Shown piece by piece: positions 13,549 to 25,191 of a DNA stretch of 64,000 bases; position 1 is the first letter of the stretch, and the number at the start of each line of letters is the position of its first letter. Source of the stretch: Octopus sinensis (Eukaryota); the NCBI RefSeq assembly GCF_006345805.1, contig NC_043010.1, positions 10,602,001-10,666,000 on the forward strand, read 5' to 3'. Both the position numbers and the translations under genes were made by a program. Below the pieces are notes generated by a model. The model did not search any database, was not told the DNA's origin, and saw only the letters and a program-made list of their open reading frames with translations.

Positions 13549-13736
13549 TTTTAATCCATTCTTGTTGCTTTTTTCCTATTTGTAATCACCCCACTTGTCG
13601 TATGATTAACACCATATAGATTTCCGGTGCATCCTAGTTAAGGACCATATTCATGTGAATTCTTTAGAATTCACTTGAATCTCAATTACTTAACCGTATA
13701 TATATATACATACATGTATATACATATATACATATA

Positions 13737-14126
13737 GGTGCAGGAGTGACTGTGTGGTAAGTAACTTGCTTACCAACAACATGGTTGCAGTTTCAGTCCC
13801 ACTGCATGGCACCTTGGGCAAGTGTCTTCTACTATAGCCTCGGGCCAACCAAAGCCTTGTGAGAGGATTTGGTAGACAGAAACTGAAAGAAGTCCGTTGT
13901 ATATATACACATGTATATGTTTGTGTGGCTGTGTTTGTCCCCACAACATCCCTTGACAACCGATGTTGGTGTGCTTACATCCCCATAACTTAGAGGTTCA
14001 GCAAAAGAGACCTATAGAATAAGCACTAGGCTTACACAGAATAAGCCTGGGGTTGATTTGGTCGACTAAAGGCAGTGCTCTAGCATGGCCAATCAAATGA
14101 CTGAAACAAATAAAAGAATAAAAGAA
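13737..14126 (+). mobile_element. SINE family A, full length
   Basis: Head, CORE-like block and (TAAAAGA)n tail. Confidence 0.9.
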
Positions 14127-14128
14127 CA

Positions 14129-14167
<39 letters not shown>

Positions 14168-14391
14168 TTAGGGAGTAAATCCAAACTTACAGGGAAAATT
14201 TATTTTTATGTTTTGGTTTATGTTTTTCACTGTTTGATTTGCCTAATAGTGGTTTTATCTCTAATTTAATTTATATATATATATATGTGTAGTGTTTCAA
14301 ATTTGAGTACGAGGCCAGTAGTATTAGAGGAAGGGGATATCACTACATACATATACATACATACATACATACATATACATACACACATATA

Positions 14392-14727
14392 TACAGGGTA
14401 CAATGTGTATATTGTTGCCATTTTATATTTTTAATTTCTAGCATGCACATTGTTTGTTTTTGATTTTATCGGCTACACAGTTGGGCCCCATCCTTGTGAA
14501 AAACAACACATCTGGCTACCTAACACCCCAGACTGCAACCCCACTTCATTATTAAGTGTGGGGTGCAGTTGAGCTAGAGACCAACAAAACTGCTTGTAAT
14601 GCCACAGATGGACTGAAAACCAGGATTATGGTAGCATTGACCAACTTAAACAAGGAGACCATCCAGAAGAGTTGCAGGAAATTCTGAAGTCATCTGGAGG
14701 CCATGGTTGAAGCCAATGGCGATTTTA
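14392..14727 (+). mobile_element. Tc1/mariner deletion derivative (transposase C-terminus)
   Basis: Begins TA-CAGGGT; from 14510 reads IWLPNTPDCNP / VWGAVE...SCRKF*SHLEAMVEANGDF (WPxxSPDLNPLD-type motif), with stops and a frameshift. Confidence 0.75.
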
Positions 14728-15248
14728 CTATATCAGAAGTGCAGTGGTGAAATATTGAATGTGAATGCATAAATTGTATGAAATGAGAAGCAAAAATCAG
14801 CTGAGATTTTTGATGGGCATCAATGAATGTAGGACAGATGTCTAGACTGATAGGGACTTGTGATACTGAAGACTAATGAATACCGAATTCAAAAAGTGTT
14901 TTGTACTGCCGGTGAATGGTAACTATGTCAGTGGAAGAGCTAAGAGAAGAGAACTGGTTGTGAGATCAGATATTAAAATGTTCCACCTCAAAAGAGAGAA
15001 AAGTGATTAAACATGATCAAAATGCATAGCAATATGCTCTACTGAATATTTGTTCAACCTACTTCAGCAAAGAACAATTGGTGTTAAATTGAGTATGATG
15101 ATGATGATGTTGGTGGTGATAATGATGTTGACGATGATGACGACGACGACGGAATTGATATCTGTGAATGGGAATGAGTAAGAGTGCTTTTGTGTTGCGC
15201 AGAAGTGTGACTGCGTGTATGCTTAATTATTTTATAGATATGTGTGTG

Positions 15249-15288
<40 letters not shown>

Positions 15289-15698
15289 TACACACAAACT
15301 CATGTATATGCATGTGTGTGTATATATACGAATACAGAGTTCTTTGTAGTCTACATAATAGTGTATTAATAGTAATGGTTTCAAATTTTGGCATAATTCT
15401 ATGGCAAATGGGACAGTCAGTTACTTCAACCCCTTTACTGCTTTACCTTATTGGACCCCGAAAGATGAAAGGCAAATTTAACCTCAGTGCTATTTTAATT
15501 CAGAACATAAAGAGCAGGTAAAGTTGCTGCTAAGTATTTTGTATGAGACACTAAGAATTCTGCAAGCTTGCTGCCTTTCAGGAATCCTGAAATAAAGTCC
15601 AGGGTAGGGGATAAATGGATTTGCTAGAGCACTCATGGACAAACTGCAGCCCACAGGACTTTCTGAGTGGAATGCCTATCAAAAAATGTCCCAGGACA

Positions 15699-15935
15699 AT
15701 TTAAGAATAATTTAAAAGTCTACACTGCTTGACCAGATTAAAAGAGAATTCTTCAGAGCCAAAGTAGAATTAGTTCTTCTTTATGGTTCATCAGCATAGA
15801 CTGTGACAAAAAAGATACAAAGCAAACTTGATAGGACATACTTATATACATTGCATGTTGTTCTTAACAAATCATGGAAACAAAACTCAATGAAAGGAGC
15901 TTTATGGAAATATCCCCAACATATCCCCAACATAA
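15699..15935 (+). mobile_element. RTE-X-like LINE reverse-transcriptase fragment
   Basis: IKREFFRAKVELVLLYGSSA*TVTKKIQSKLDRTY...VLNKSWKQ...ELYGNIP. Confidence 0.7.
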
Positions 15936-16017
15936 ATGGCGGTGCCCCAGCATGGCCACAGCTCATTAGCTGAAACTGGAAAAATCAAAAATCAAAATCA
16001 AAATATCATCAGTCATT

Positions 16018-16430
16018 GTGGCTGTGTGGTAAGTAGCTTGTTTACCAACCACATGGTTCCGGGTTCAGTCCCACTGTGTGGCATCTTGGGCAAGTGTTTT
16101 CTACTATAGCCTCGGGCCGGCCAAAGCCTTGTGAGTGGATTTGGTAGATGGAAACTGAAAGAAGCCCGTCGTGTATATATGTATATATATATGTGTGTGT
16201 GTGTGTGTTTGTGTGTCTGTATTTGGCCCCCTAGCATTGCTTGACAACCGATGCTGGTGTGTTTATGTCCCAGTCACTTAACAGTTCGGCAAAAGAGACT
16301 GATAGAATAAGTAGTGGGCTTACAAAGAATAAGTCTTGGGGTCGAGTTGCTCGATTAAAGGCGGTGCTCCAGCATGGCCACAGTCAAATGATTGAAACAA
16401 GTAAAAGAGTAAAAGAGTAAAGAGTAAAAA
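16018..16430 (+). mobile_element. SINE family A
   Basis: Matches the other family A copies, including the GAGTAAAA tail. Confidence 0.9.
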
Positions 16431-16659
16431 AGTATATGCTGGCCACTACTATTGAAACAAAGAGGATTTAGTGTGTGAGCTCCCTTTGTGGATCCTAAGC
16501 CATAGGAATTCTCATATCGATGACCCAGAATGACATACATCGAGCAACTCTCTTGTGATGTCAATTTACAAGTAGAAGACCTCAAAAATATGAAAGAGAA
16601 ATCCTTAGAGAGAGGGAAAATAGTTTACTTCTTGTGAGCCAACTGAGCATTTAAGAGAA

Positions 16660-17040
16660 TCTGTTTCTAATATGTTCTCAGTGCATGTTGCATCTGTGCA
16701 TCTGCCACATGCAAAATCTAATTTCTCTATTTATCTAATTGTGATTCTACTGTATCTCTTGAGAATCCATAGCTTATACTGCATACAGCAAATGGAGTTC
16801 TTACCTTCACTTTTTCTGCATACTGAACAAGACAATATTTCTTGTGGAATCAGGGTTCTGCCCTTTTTCTACTTAATAGTGCCTTAGCTGTTTCTAAGTT
16901 CACCTTAAGCTTTCTTGATGCTAGGTTTTGCTATCACATCTGGAATTTCTTCTCTAATTCTACACTAGTTTCAGCTATAAGAGCTTGGTTGTGAGTATAA
17001 AGGAGTTCTCCCAGACAGCTGGTTTTGAACTCCAATATGT
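16660..17040 (-). mobile_element. Decayed RTE LINE RT fragment with Cys-rich PHD-like insert
   Basis: Minus-strand pieces ELLYTHNQALIAE (decayed YADD), NLASRKLKVN, CSVCRKSEGKNSICC...WILKRYS...FACGRC. Confidence 0.6.
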
Positions 17041-17364
17041 TGGCCTGTAGGACTATAATGAATAGAAGGGGATTGAGGTCTAAATCTCAATATTCACCAT
17101 TTACTGCATTTACCTCTATCTCTGTGTCTAACCATATTTCACCCTCTAACAAACCTACCCACCCAGACATCCTAGATTCTCTGTCACTGACACTTCATCT
17201 CGACTATCTTTTCTCCTTTTCTTGTGGAGGTAGCCATGTATCTCCTTTACAGGAACTTGCCTGTTCCTTTCTTTCTGTCATAATATTGTCTCTCAATACT
17301 TGGCGCAAAGCCATCTCCCTCAATACTGCAGCTACACTCAGTCAAGAGGTCTTGTCATGCATGT

Positions 17365-17630
17365 CGGCTGCGGGGTCACTCCGAAAAGCTCTATCTGCGA
17401 CGATTTCATCTCAATCGAAGGAGAGGGGCTTTCTCCGTCCGGGTTGCGGATCCGTGGAATAAGCTGCCGGACAAGATAGTGAAGATGCCGACGACCGCTC
17501 GGTTCAAAGTCTCTCTTGACCAGAAATGGCCTGAACTCTTTGCATGAACACCCTCCCTGTACATAACTCCCTGACCCCCTACATGGCCTTGCTTTTTGTT
17601 TTTTGAGCCAAAAAATTAACTTAAATTAAC
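17365..17630 (+). mobile_element. CR1-clade LINE 3' end
   Basis: 17365-17547 reads RLRGHSEKLYLRRFHLNRRRGAFSVRVADPWNKLPDKIVKMPTTARFKVSLDQKWPELFA*, the CR1 ORF2 terminus (RGH..KL...FS.RV...WN.LP...FK..LD); short 3' UTR follows. Confidence 0.85.
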
Positions 17631-17834
17631 GAAAGTTACATGCATGACCTCACTAGTGCCAGTCGCATAAAAACACAAAAAGGCAGTCAGGATATTCTGT
17701 AAAGCATTTGGTGTTAGGCAGAGCATCCAGCTATAGAAACCATACCAAAGAAGGCATTGGAACTCAATGCAGGCTTCTGGCTAGTCAGATCCTATCAAAC
17801 AATCTAACATTTGTTAGCATGCACACAGAAATTA

Positions 17835-18110
17835 AATGATGATGATGATGATGCTCATTATGATGATGACAATGATGATGATGATGATGATGGCAACGAT
17901 GGTACCGATGATAATCATGATGACGATGACGGCAATGATGACGACGATGATGATGATGATGACAACAGCAACAATGATGATGGTGATGAGAAGGAGGAAG
18001 AGGATTAAAAGGATGAGGAGGAGGGAGAGGAAGGGCATGAGGAAGAGGAGGACAAAAGGGATGAGAAAGAAGTGGATAATGACGATGACGACAATGTTCA
18101 CAATGACAAT
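17835..18110. repeat. (GAT)n/(GAG)n low-complexity tract
   Basis: Direct reading; expanded tail of a decayed family D SINE. Confidence 0.9.
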
Positions 18111-18324
18111 GTAAGTATATGAACATGTGCTCATTATCATCATTATATATCCAATTAATTTTTTTGGTGGCAAGGTGAAGTTGTGTGTTTACATGTCTCT
18201 ACGTATGACTCAGTTCTTGTTTGAAATCACTGCCTTTCTGGACAGTTTAGGGACCACATTTTACTCATACATTCCATGTTTCTGTGGGTGGATACTCTTT
18301 GTAACAACAACTACGTTGCAGAAT

Positions 18325-18648
18325 GCCTCGTGGCACGTAAAAAGCACTATCCGAATCGTAGCCGATGCCAGTGCCACCTCGACTGGCTTCCGTGCCGGTG
18401 GCACGTAAAATGCACCAATCCGACCGTGGCCGCTGCCAGCCTCGCCTGGTACCTGTGCAGGTGGTACGTAAAAAGCACCCACTACACTCACGGAGTGGTT
18501 GGCGTTAGGAAGGGCATCCAGCTGTAGAAACATTGCCAGATAAGACTGGAGCCTGGTGCAGCCTTCTGGCTTCCCAGATCCCCGGTCGAACCATCCAACC
18601 CATGCTAGCATGGAGAACGGACGTTAAACGATGATGATGATGATGATG
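18325..18648 (+). mobile_element. SINE family D with three internal tandem units and (GAT)n tail
   Basis: Three gtggYacgtaaaa-gcac units, then ggcgttaggaagggcatccagctgtagaaac...gttaaacgatgatgat; other pieces at 34200-34380, 34800-34920 and 39728-39878. Confidence 0.8.
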
Positions 18649-19139
18649 AAATTGTCTTTTCTCCTAGGTATGACTTAAATTTTCTTCTCTACAGTATTTT
18701 ATCTGCCAACCACTTTGCAGAATGTACCGAATACCTTTTATCATAGCACCAGCACTAACATGGTTGTCCTGTCCCTGACAATACTAAAAGAGTACTCTGT
18801 ACACTACATTGTTTTAGTTCACTGAAGGTGATTAAACTGAAAGGGTGAAATAGAAGACAGAGTGCTGAAAGAGAGAGCCAAAGCAAAAGGATGATAGAGG
18901 AGGAGGTAATGGAAGAGAGACAATAGTGGAAAAAAGAGAGAGTGATGGTTTGTATTAAATGGATGGTAGTAAAAGGACATTGATTACAGATGGATCTGCT
19001 ACTAGTTCACAGTACACAGACCGCGTGATGGTTTAGAAAAACAGCAATAAATGTATGCAATCACTGGCAGAATTAATACTGTGTTTTAAGAGCCACTGCC
19101 AAAATATGTTCAATTCTAAGAAAGTAAAATGTAAATATA

Positions 19140-19565
19140 TATGTATGCATGCCCAGACATACATACATATGTATGTATGTATGTATGTATGCATCTATGT
19201 ATGTATCTATGTATATATGTATGTATTTATGTATGTATGTATGTATATATGTATGTATCTATGTATGTATGCATGTATGTATGTATCTATGTATGCATGT
19301 ATGTATGTATGTATGTATGTATGTATGTATGTATGTATGTATGCATGTATGTATGTATGTATGTATGTATGTATGTATGTATGTGTGTATGTATGTATGT
19401 ATGTATGTATGCCTGTATGTATGTATGTATGTATGTATGTATGTATGTATGTATGTATGTATGTATGTATGTATGTATGTATGTATGTATATGTATGTAT
19501 GTATGTATGTACGCACGTATGTATGTATGTATGTATGTATGTATGTATTTATGTATGTATGTATA
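19140..19565. repeat. (TATG)n microsatellite
   Basis: Direct reading. Confidence 0.95.
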
Positions 19566-19908
19566 TGCACACATACACATAATTCTGCAATAAAAAAATC
19601 TTAAGTTTTCTCTAAAAGGAAGACTTTCTAGTTAATAGAGGATAATTGATTTAAAAATCGTTTTACACTAATTGGACAAAACAGATTGAGAAAGACAGAT
19701 TACATTTTATTATTGGGATTGTAATTCATATTTCGTATTAAATGACTAATATTTTCCAGAAAGAGAATTATTTGGTTGTAAGTATTAAAATAATTCAACT
19801 TCTTTTTTTTTCTTTCGTATTCTATATATTGAATTTGTTTTTGTTTTAATTCAAAAAGGATGTAACTTCACCTGTAGCCCCATTGCAGCTATAGACAAGA
19901 CATGGTGA

Positions 19909-19992
19909 ATATTATTATTATTATCATCATTATTATTATTATTATCATTATTATTATTATTATTATATTATTATTATTATTATTATTAGTAT

Positions 19993-20029
<37 letters not shown>

Positions 20030-20039
20030 GGTGATGGTG

Positions 20040-20080
<41 letters not shown>

Positions 20081-20114
20081 TGTATTGGTGGTGGTGGTGG
20101 TTGTCTTGGTGGTG

Positions 20115-20149
<35 letters not shown>

Positions 20150-20173
20150 CTTGGTGGTGGTGGTGGTAGTAGT

Positions 20174-20204
<31 letters not shown>

Positions 20205-20219
20205 TGAGGAGGAGGAGGA
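19909..20219. repeat. Compound trinucleotide tract (TTA/GTA/GTG/GCA/GGA)
   Basis: Direct reading. Confidence 0.95.
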
Positions 20220-20467
20220 AAACCGATGAGCAAGTAAAATCGTTAGAACATCAGACAATATGCTTACTATTATGTCTTCTGACTTTTTTTACATTCTGAG
20301 TGATTTCAAATCCTGCCCAAAGTCGACTTTGCCTTTCTTTCTTTGGGGGAGGGTTTACAAAATAAGTACCAGTCGCATACTGGGGGAAGGGGGCGGGTCG
20401 ATGTAATCAACTAAGCCCTTCCTTCTAACATTGTCCAACTTTGTACCATAATTTGAAAAACTTTTGA

Positions 20468-20849
20468 TGGAAGCACTCCGTCGGTTACGACGACGAGGGT
20501 TCCGGTTGATCCGATCAATGGAACAGCCTGCTCATGAAATTAACGTGTAAGTGGCTGAGCACTCCACAGACACGTGTACCCTTAACGTAGTTCTCGGGGA
20601 TATTCAGCGTGACACAGAGAGTGACAAGGCCGGCCCTTTGAAATACAGGTACAACAGAAACAGGAAGAAAGAGTGAGAGAAAGTTGTGGTGAAAGACTAC
20701 AGCAGGGATCACCACCATCTCCTGCCGGAGCCTCGTGGAGCTTTAGGTGTTTTCGCTCAATAAACACTTACAACGCCCGGTCTGGGAATCGAAACCACGA
20801 TCCTACGACCGCGAGTCCGCTGCCCTAACCACTGGGCCATTGCGCCTCC
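20468..20849 (-). mobile_element. SINE family B, tail type 1, inserted at the end of an older family C SINE
   Basis: Reverse complement of the 33710-34097 type; imperfect flanking repeat ttgaaaaa(c/g)tt. Confidence 0.9.
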
Positions 20850-21575
20850 TTGAAAAAGTTATTATGAAGGTCACAAGATGTCAGAATCATTAGCATCCCA
20901 CAGAGAATGCTTAGCAACACTTCTTCCGACATGAGGGATGGAGGATGACATGGCTAGTAGTCTACAGGGGTCAGTGGAAGAGAGAAAAGGCAGGCCTAAT
21001 GGACTCCTACTTTCATGCTAAATTCATCAGAGAAGTCATTGGCTACTCTCACTTTAGCTGTTGCATCCCTCTACATAGCTTGAACTGTTGACTGGGGGCC
21101 AGTCAAATTCTCGATTGTAGTACTCGATTGGTGCTTTATTCTATTGCCCCACCAAGGATGACATCTGACCTTGGCAGAATTTGAACTCAGAAACGATAAA
21201 AAGCACGAACAAATACTGCAAAGTTTTTTTCTGCTGCTTAAACTTTCTGTCCAAAAATATGTTATTATCACTAGCACCATGTTAAACCGCTAATGTCATG
21301 TGAGATAAAGGAGGAGAGATAAGAGAATGAGATCAAAGACAGACTTAGAAATAGTTAGGAATTAATGAGCTAGACAGAGTATATAGACACTGAAATGAGA
21401 GAAAAGGTTAGGAAGGAATATTATAAATGCATTAGATTAATACATTAAACAGAGCTAAATGCAAAAACAAAGTAATAGTACTACTATTCTTGCTGTTCTA
21501 GTAATAAGTTAGAGTAATAATGTTCTCAACTGGACATTAAATAAACTTGCTAGACTAGAGAGTGAAAACAAGAAA

Positions 21576-23630
21576 ACTAACAACTGCATTTAGGATTCAA
21601 TACATGGTATCTGGCATAGAAAGATTATATTTACCAAAAAATAAAGGAAGCTAGAGGGCCCACAGTGGCTAGAACATGGTAAGACTATACATATATACGA
21701 CGGGCTTCTTTCAGAAGCTAGTTCATTACATCGACCCCATTACTTAACTGGTACTTATTTTATTGAACCCAAAATGATGAAAGGCAAAGACAGCCTTGGC
21801 AGAATTTGAACCTAGAATGTAAAGCCAGAAGAAAAGCAGCTGAGCAATTAGTCCAGCAGTTAATGATTCCACTAGCTTGCTGCCTTAATAATAATAATGG
21901 TTTCAAATTTTGGTGCTAGGCCAGCAATTTTAGGTGAGAGGGTAAGTCAATTACATCAACCCCAGTGAAAAATACCCAATACCTATTTTTCTATCTTTGA
22001 TTACATTGTTTACATCGACATGATGGGTAAGGATAAAGACCCCATTCAGTCCTGAATGACCATGGGATTGCACTAACAACTGCATTTAGGATTCAATACA
22101 TGGTATCTGGCACAGAAAGATTATATTTACCAAAAAAATAAAGGAAGCTAGAGGGCCCACAGTGGCTAGAACATGGTAAGACTATACATATATACGACAG
22201 GCTTCTTTCAGTTTCTGCCTACCAAATCCATTCACAAGGCTTTGGTCGGCCCGAGGCAATAGTAGTAAGACTATACAGTAAGACTATAAAGATATCTAGT
22301 AAAGAATAAAGGTTGACTAATACAAATGGCTCTGTCCAAAGACACGGCAAATTCTTACACCACAGCTTTGCATGCACCAATTCATGCAGCCATGCCTGAT
22401 GAATTATCAGAAATTTGGAGAAGAGAGTTATTAAACTGTGACTGTAAGATTGAGCACCTTGCTTCCTAACCATATGGCATTTGGTTTAGTTCCATTGTAC
22501 AGCAACTTGAGCAAGTGTCTTTTGCTATAGCCGTGGGCTACCCAAAACTTTGTGAATGGATTTGGGTAAGGTAAACTGAAAGAAGCCTCTCTCTGTGTGT
22601 GTGTATTTGTGTTTGTCCTCCACTACTACTTAACAGCTGGTATTTGTTTACATAGGCGGTGAGCTGGCAGAAACGTTAGCACGCCGGGCGAAATGCGTAG
22701 CCGTATTTCGTCTGCCGTTACGTTCTGAGTTCAAATTCTGCCGAGGTCAACTTTGCCTTTCATCCTTTCGGGGCCGATAAATTAAATACCAGTTACGCAC
22801 TGGGATTGATGTAATCGACTTAATCCGTTTGTCTGTCCTTGTTTGTCCCCTCTGTGTTTAGCCCCTTGTGGGTAGTAAAGAAATAGGTATTTGTTTACAT
22901 GTTCTTCATGGTTTTGCAAAAGGAACTGATAAAATAACACTAGGTTTAAAAAACTATGAACCTTCAGGTTGATTTGTTCAACAGTATCCCAGCATGGTCA
23001 CATTCCATTCACTGAAGCAAGTAAAAGATAAAAGAATCATATCAATTCCAGTATTTGATGGGCGCATTATGTCATTGACCCTGGAAGAATAAAAGTCAAA
23101 GCCGACATCAGCTGGATTTGAACTTAGTATTAATATATAAAGAGTCATTTGAATAACTGTTAGGCAATCTTACAATCATGAGTCCAACACCCTCCACTAA
23201 TGATGATGATGATGATTTCAAATTTTGGCAAAATTGAAAGCAAAAGACCTGAAATTTTGGGGGAAGAAGCTAGTTGATTACATCAATCCCAGTAATTAAC
23301 TGGTACTAATTTTATTGAACCCAAAATGATGAAAGGCAAAGTCGGCCTTGGCAGAATTTGAACCTAGAATGTAAAGCCAGAAGAAAAGCAGCTGAGCAAT
23401 TAGTCCAGCAGTTAATGATTCCACTAGCTTGCTGCATTAATAATAATCATGGTTTCAAATTTTGGTGCTAGACCAGCAATTTTAGGGGAGGGGTGAGTCA
23501 ATTACATCAACCCCAGTGATCAACACCCAATACCTATTTTTCTATCTTTGATTACATTGTTTACATCAACATGATGGGTAAGGATAAAGACCCCATTCAG
23601 TCCTGAATGACCATGGGATTGCACTGACAA
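21576..23630 (+). repeat. Complex local duplication A-B-A'...B'
   Basis: A 21576-21714 matches A' 22072-22211; B 21713-22079 matches B' 23265-23630. Confidence 0.85.
22654..22885 (+). mobile_element. SINE family C with 15-bp TSD, nested in a decayed family A SINE
   Basis: ggcggtgagctggcagaa...gagttcaaattc...gcctttcatcctttcgggg...aaagaaata; TSD ggtatttgtttacat at 22639-22653 and 22886-22900. Confidence 0.9.
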
Positions 23631-23664
23631 AGGTTAGCCTCCAAGGCACAACTTTGGGCAAGGT

Positions 23665-24069
23665 TATTCTTTTACTCTTTTACTTGTTTCAGTCATTTGA
23701 CTGCGGCCATCCTGGAGCACCGCCTTTAGTCGAGCAAATCGACCCCAGAACTTATTCTTTTGTAAGCCTAGTACTTATTCTATCAGTCTCTTTTTGCCGA
23801 ACCGCTAAGTGACGGGGACATAAACACACCAGCATCGGTTGTCAAGCGATGTTGGGGGGACAAACACAGACACACAAACACACACACACATATATATACA
23901 TATATACGACGGGCTTCTTTCAGTTTCCGCCTACCAAATCCATTCACAAGGCATTGGTCGGCCCGAGGCAATAGTAGAAGACACTTGCCCAAGATGCAAT
24001 GCAGTGGGACTGAACCCGGAACCATGTGGTTGGTTAGCAAGCTACTTACCACACAGCCACTCCTGTGCC
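23665..24069 (-). mobile_element. SINE family A, full length
   Basis: Reverse complement of family A. Confidence 0.9.
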
Positions 24070-24327
24070 TAAGGTTGTTTATAAAAGACTAGCAGTCACC
24101 CATGCATACCAGCTTCCCCTCTCCATGCCATTGATGTTATCCCAAGGGAAGAGCAAAAGCTGATACAGCTCAGTACCAGTGATGTCACTATTCATTTCTA
24201 CAGCTAAGTCAACTGGAGCAACATGAAGTAAAGTGTCTTGCTCAAGAACACAACACGCAACCTGATCCAAGGAATTGAACTCATTACCTCCTGATTGTGC
24301 CCCTGATGCTCAAACCATACACCTTAA

Positions 24328-24548
24328 CCCTTTCATTACCAACCTGGCTGAAACCGGCTCCAGTTTTGTAGTACAAATGTCTTATTTTCCTAAGTTTTGA
24401 ATTAAAATCTTCCACCAAACCTTAGTCACATTTTATGTTCCTAACACTAGCTGAATGATAACTAAGATATTGTACCAAATTCTTTGTTATATTTAAAGTA
24501 ATTGAAAGAAACACAGAGCATCTCAAAATAAATGTAGTAACGAAAGGG
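24328..24548. mobile_element. piggyBac-type MITE
   Basis: TTAA on both sides; TIR ccctttcattac / gtaacgaaaggg with CCC...GGG ends. Confidence 0.75.
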
Positions 24549-25018
24549 TTAACATAGGTGTATTTGTTTGCAAAACATAACTTGTAGGGCTGGTTCTGAA
24601 TTCTATCCAAAATTTATAGCGATAAACTTAAAAGTAATAATTATTTGTACTTATTCAAATGTTTTCCATATTTGATTACATAGAGGACTCACTGGTATAT
24701 TAGGTGTACCCCAGTTTCAGCAGTGCATACTCAAGTAAATAGTGGATGTGCATAACTTAGTGGTGAGGTTGTTCGACTCAGGATCGTAAGGGTGTGGTTT
24801 CGATTCCTGGACCGGGCGATGCATTGTGTTCTTGAGCAAAACACTTCATTTCATGTTTCTCCAGTCCACTCACCTTGTAAAAATGAGTAATCGTGCAACG
24901 GACAGGTAACCCATTCATGGAGGAATATACATGACAGAGAGACCAGATAAGCAACCCTGTGCTTCTTAATGAGTGATGTGGAGTAACCATATTCAAAGAA
25001 AATAAGCTTTTGGTGCAT

Positions 25019-25191
25019 CATCATCATCATCATTGTTCGACCGTGGTCGAGACAATGGAATTTACCATGCTACGCCAGACTTCACGGTCCATCATGGCAT
25101 TATGGCGGTCCTGTTGCTGGATGCCTGTAGGACTTCCATAATGCCATGATGGACCGTGAAGTCTGGCATAGCATGGTAAATTCCATTGTCT
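25019..25191 (-). mobile_element. RTE-type LINE 3' end with fold-back duplication and 12-bp TSD
   Basis: Minus strand GIQQQDRHNAMMDREVWRSMVNSIVSTTVEQ* then (ATG)n tail; 56-bp inverted arms; TSD cttttggtgcat at 25007-25018 and 25190-25201. Confidence 0.75.
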
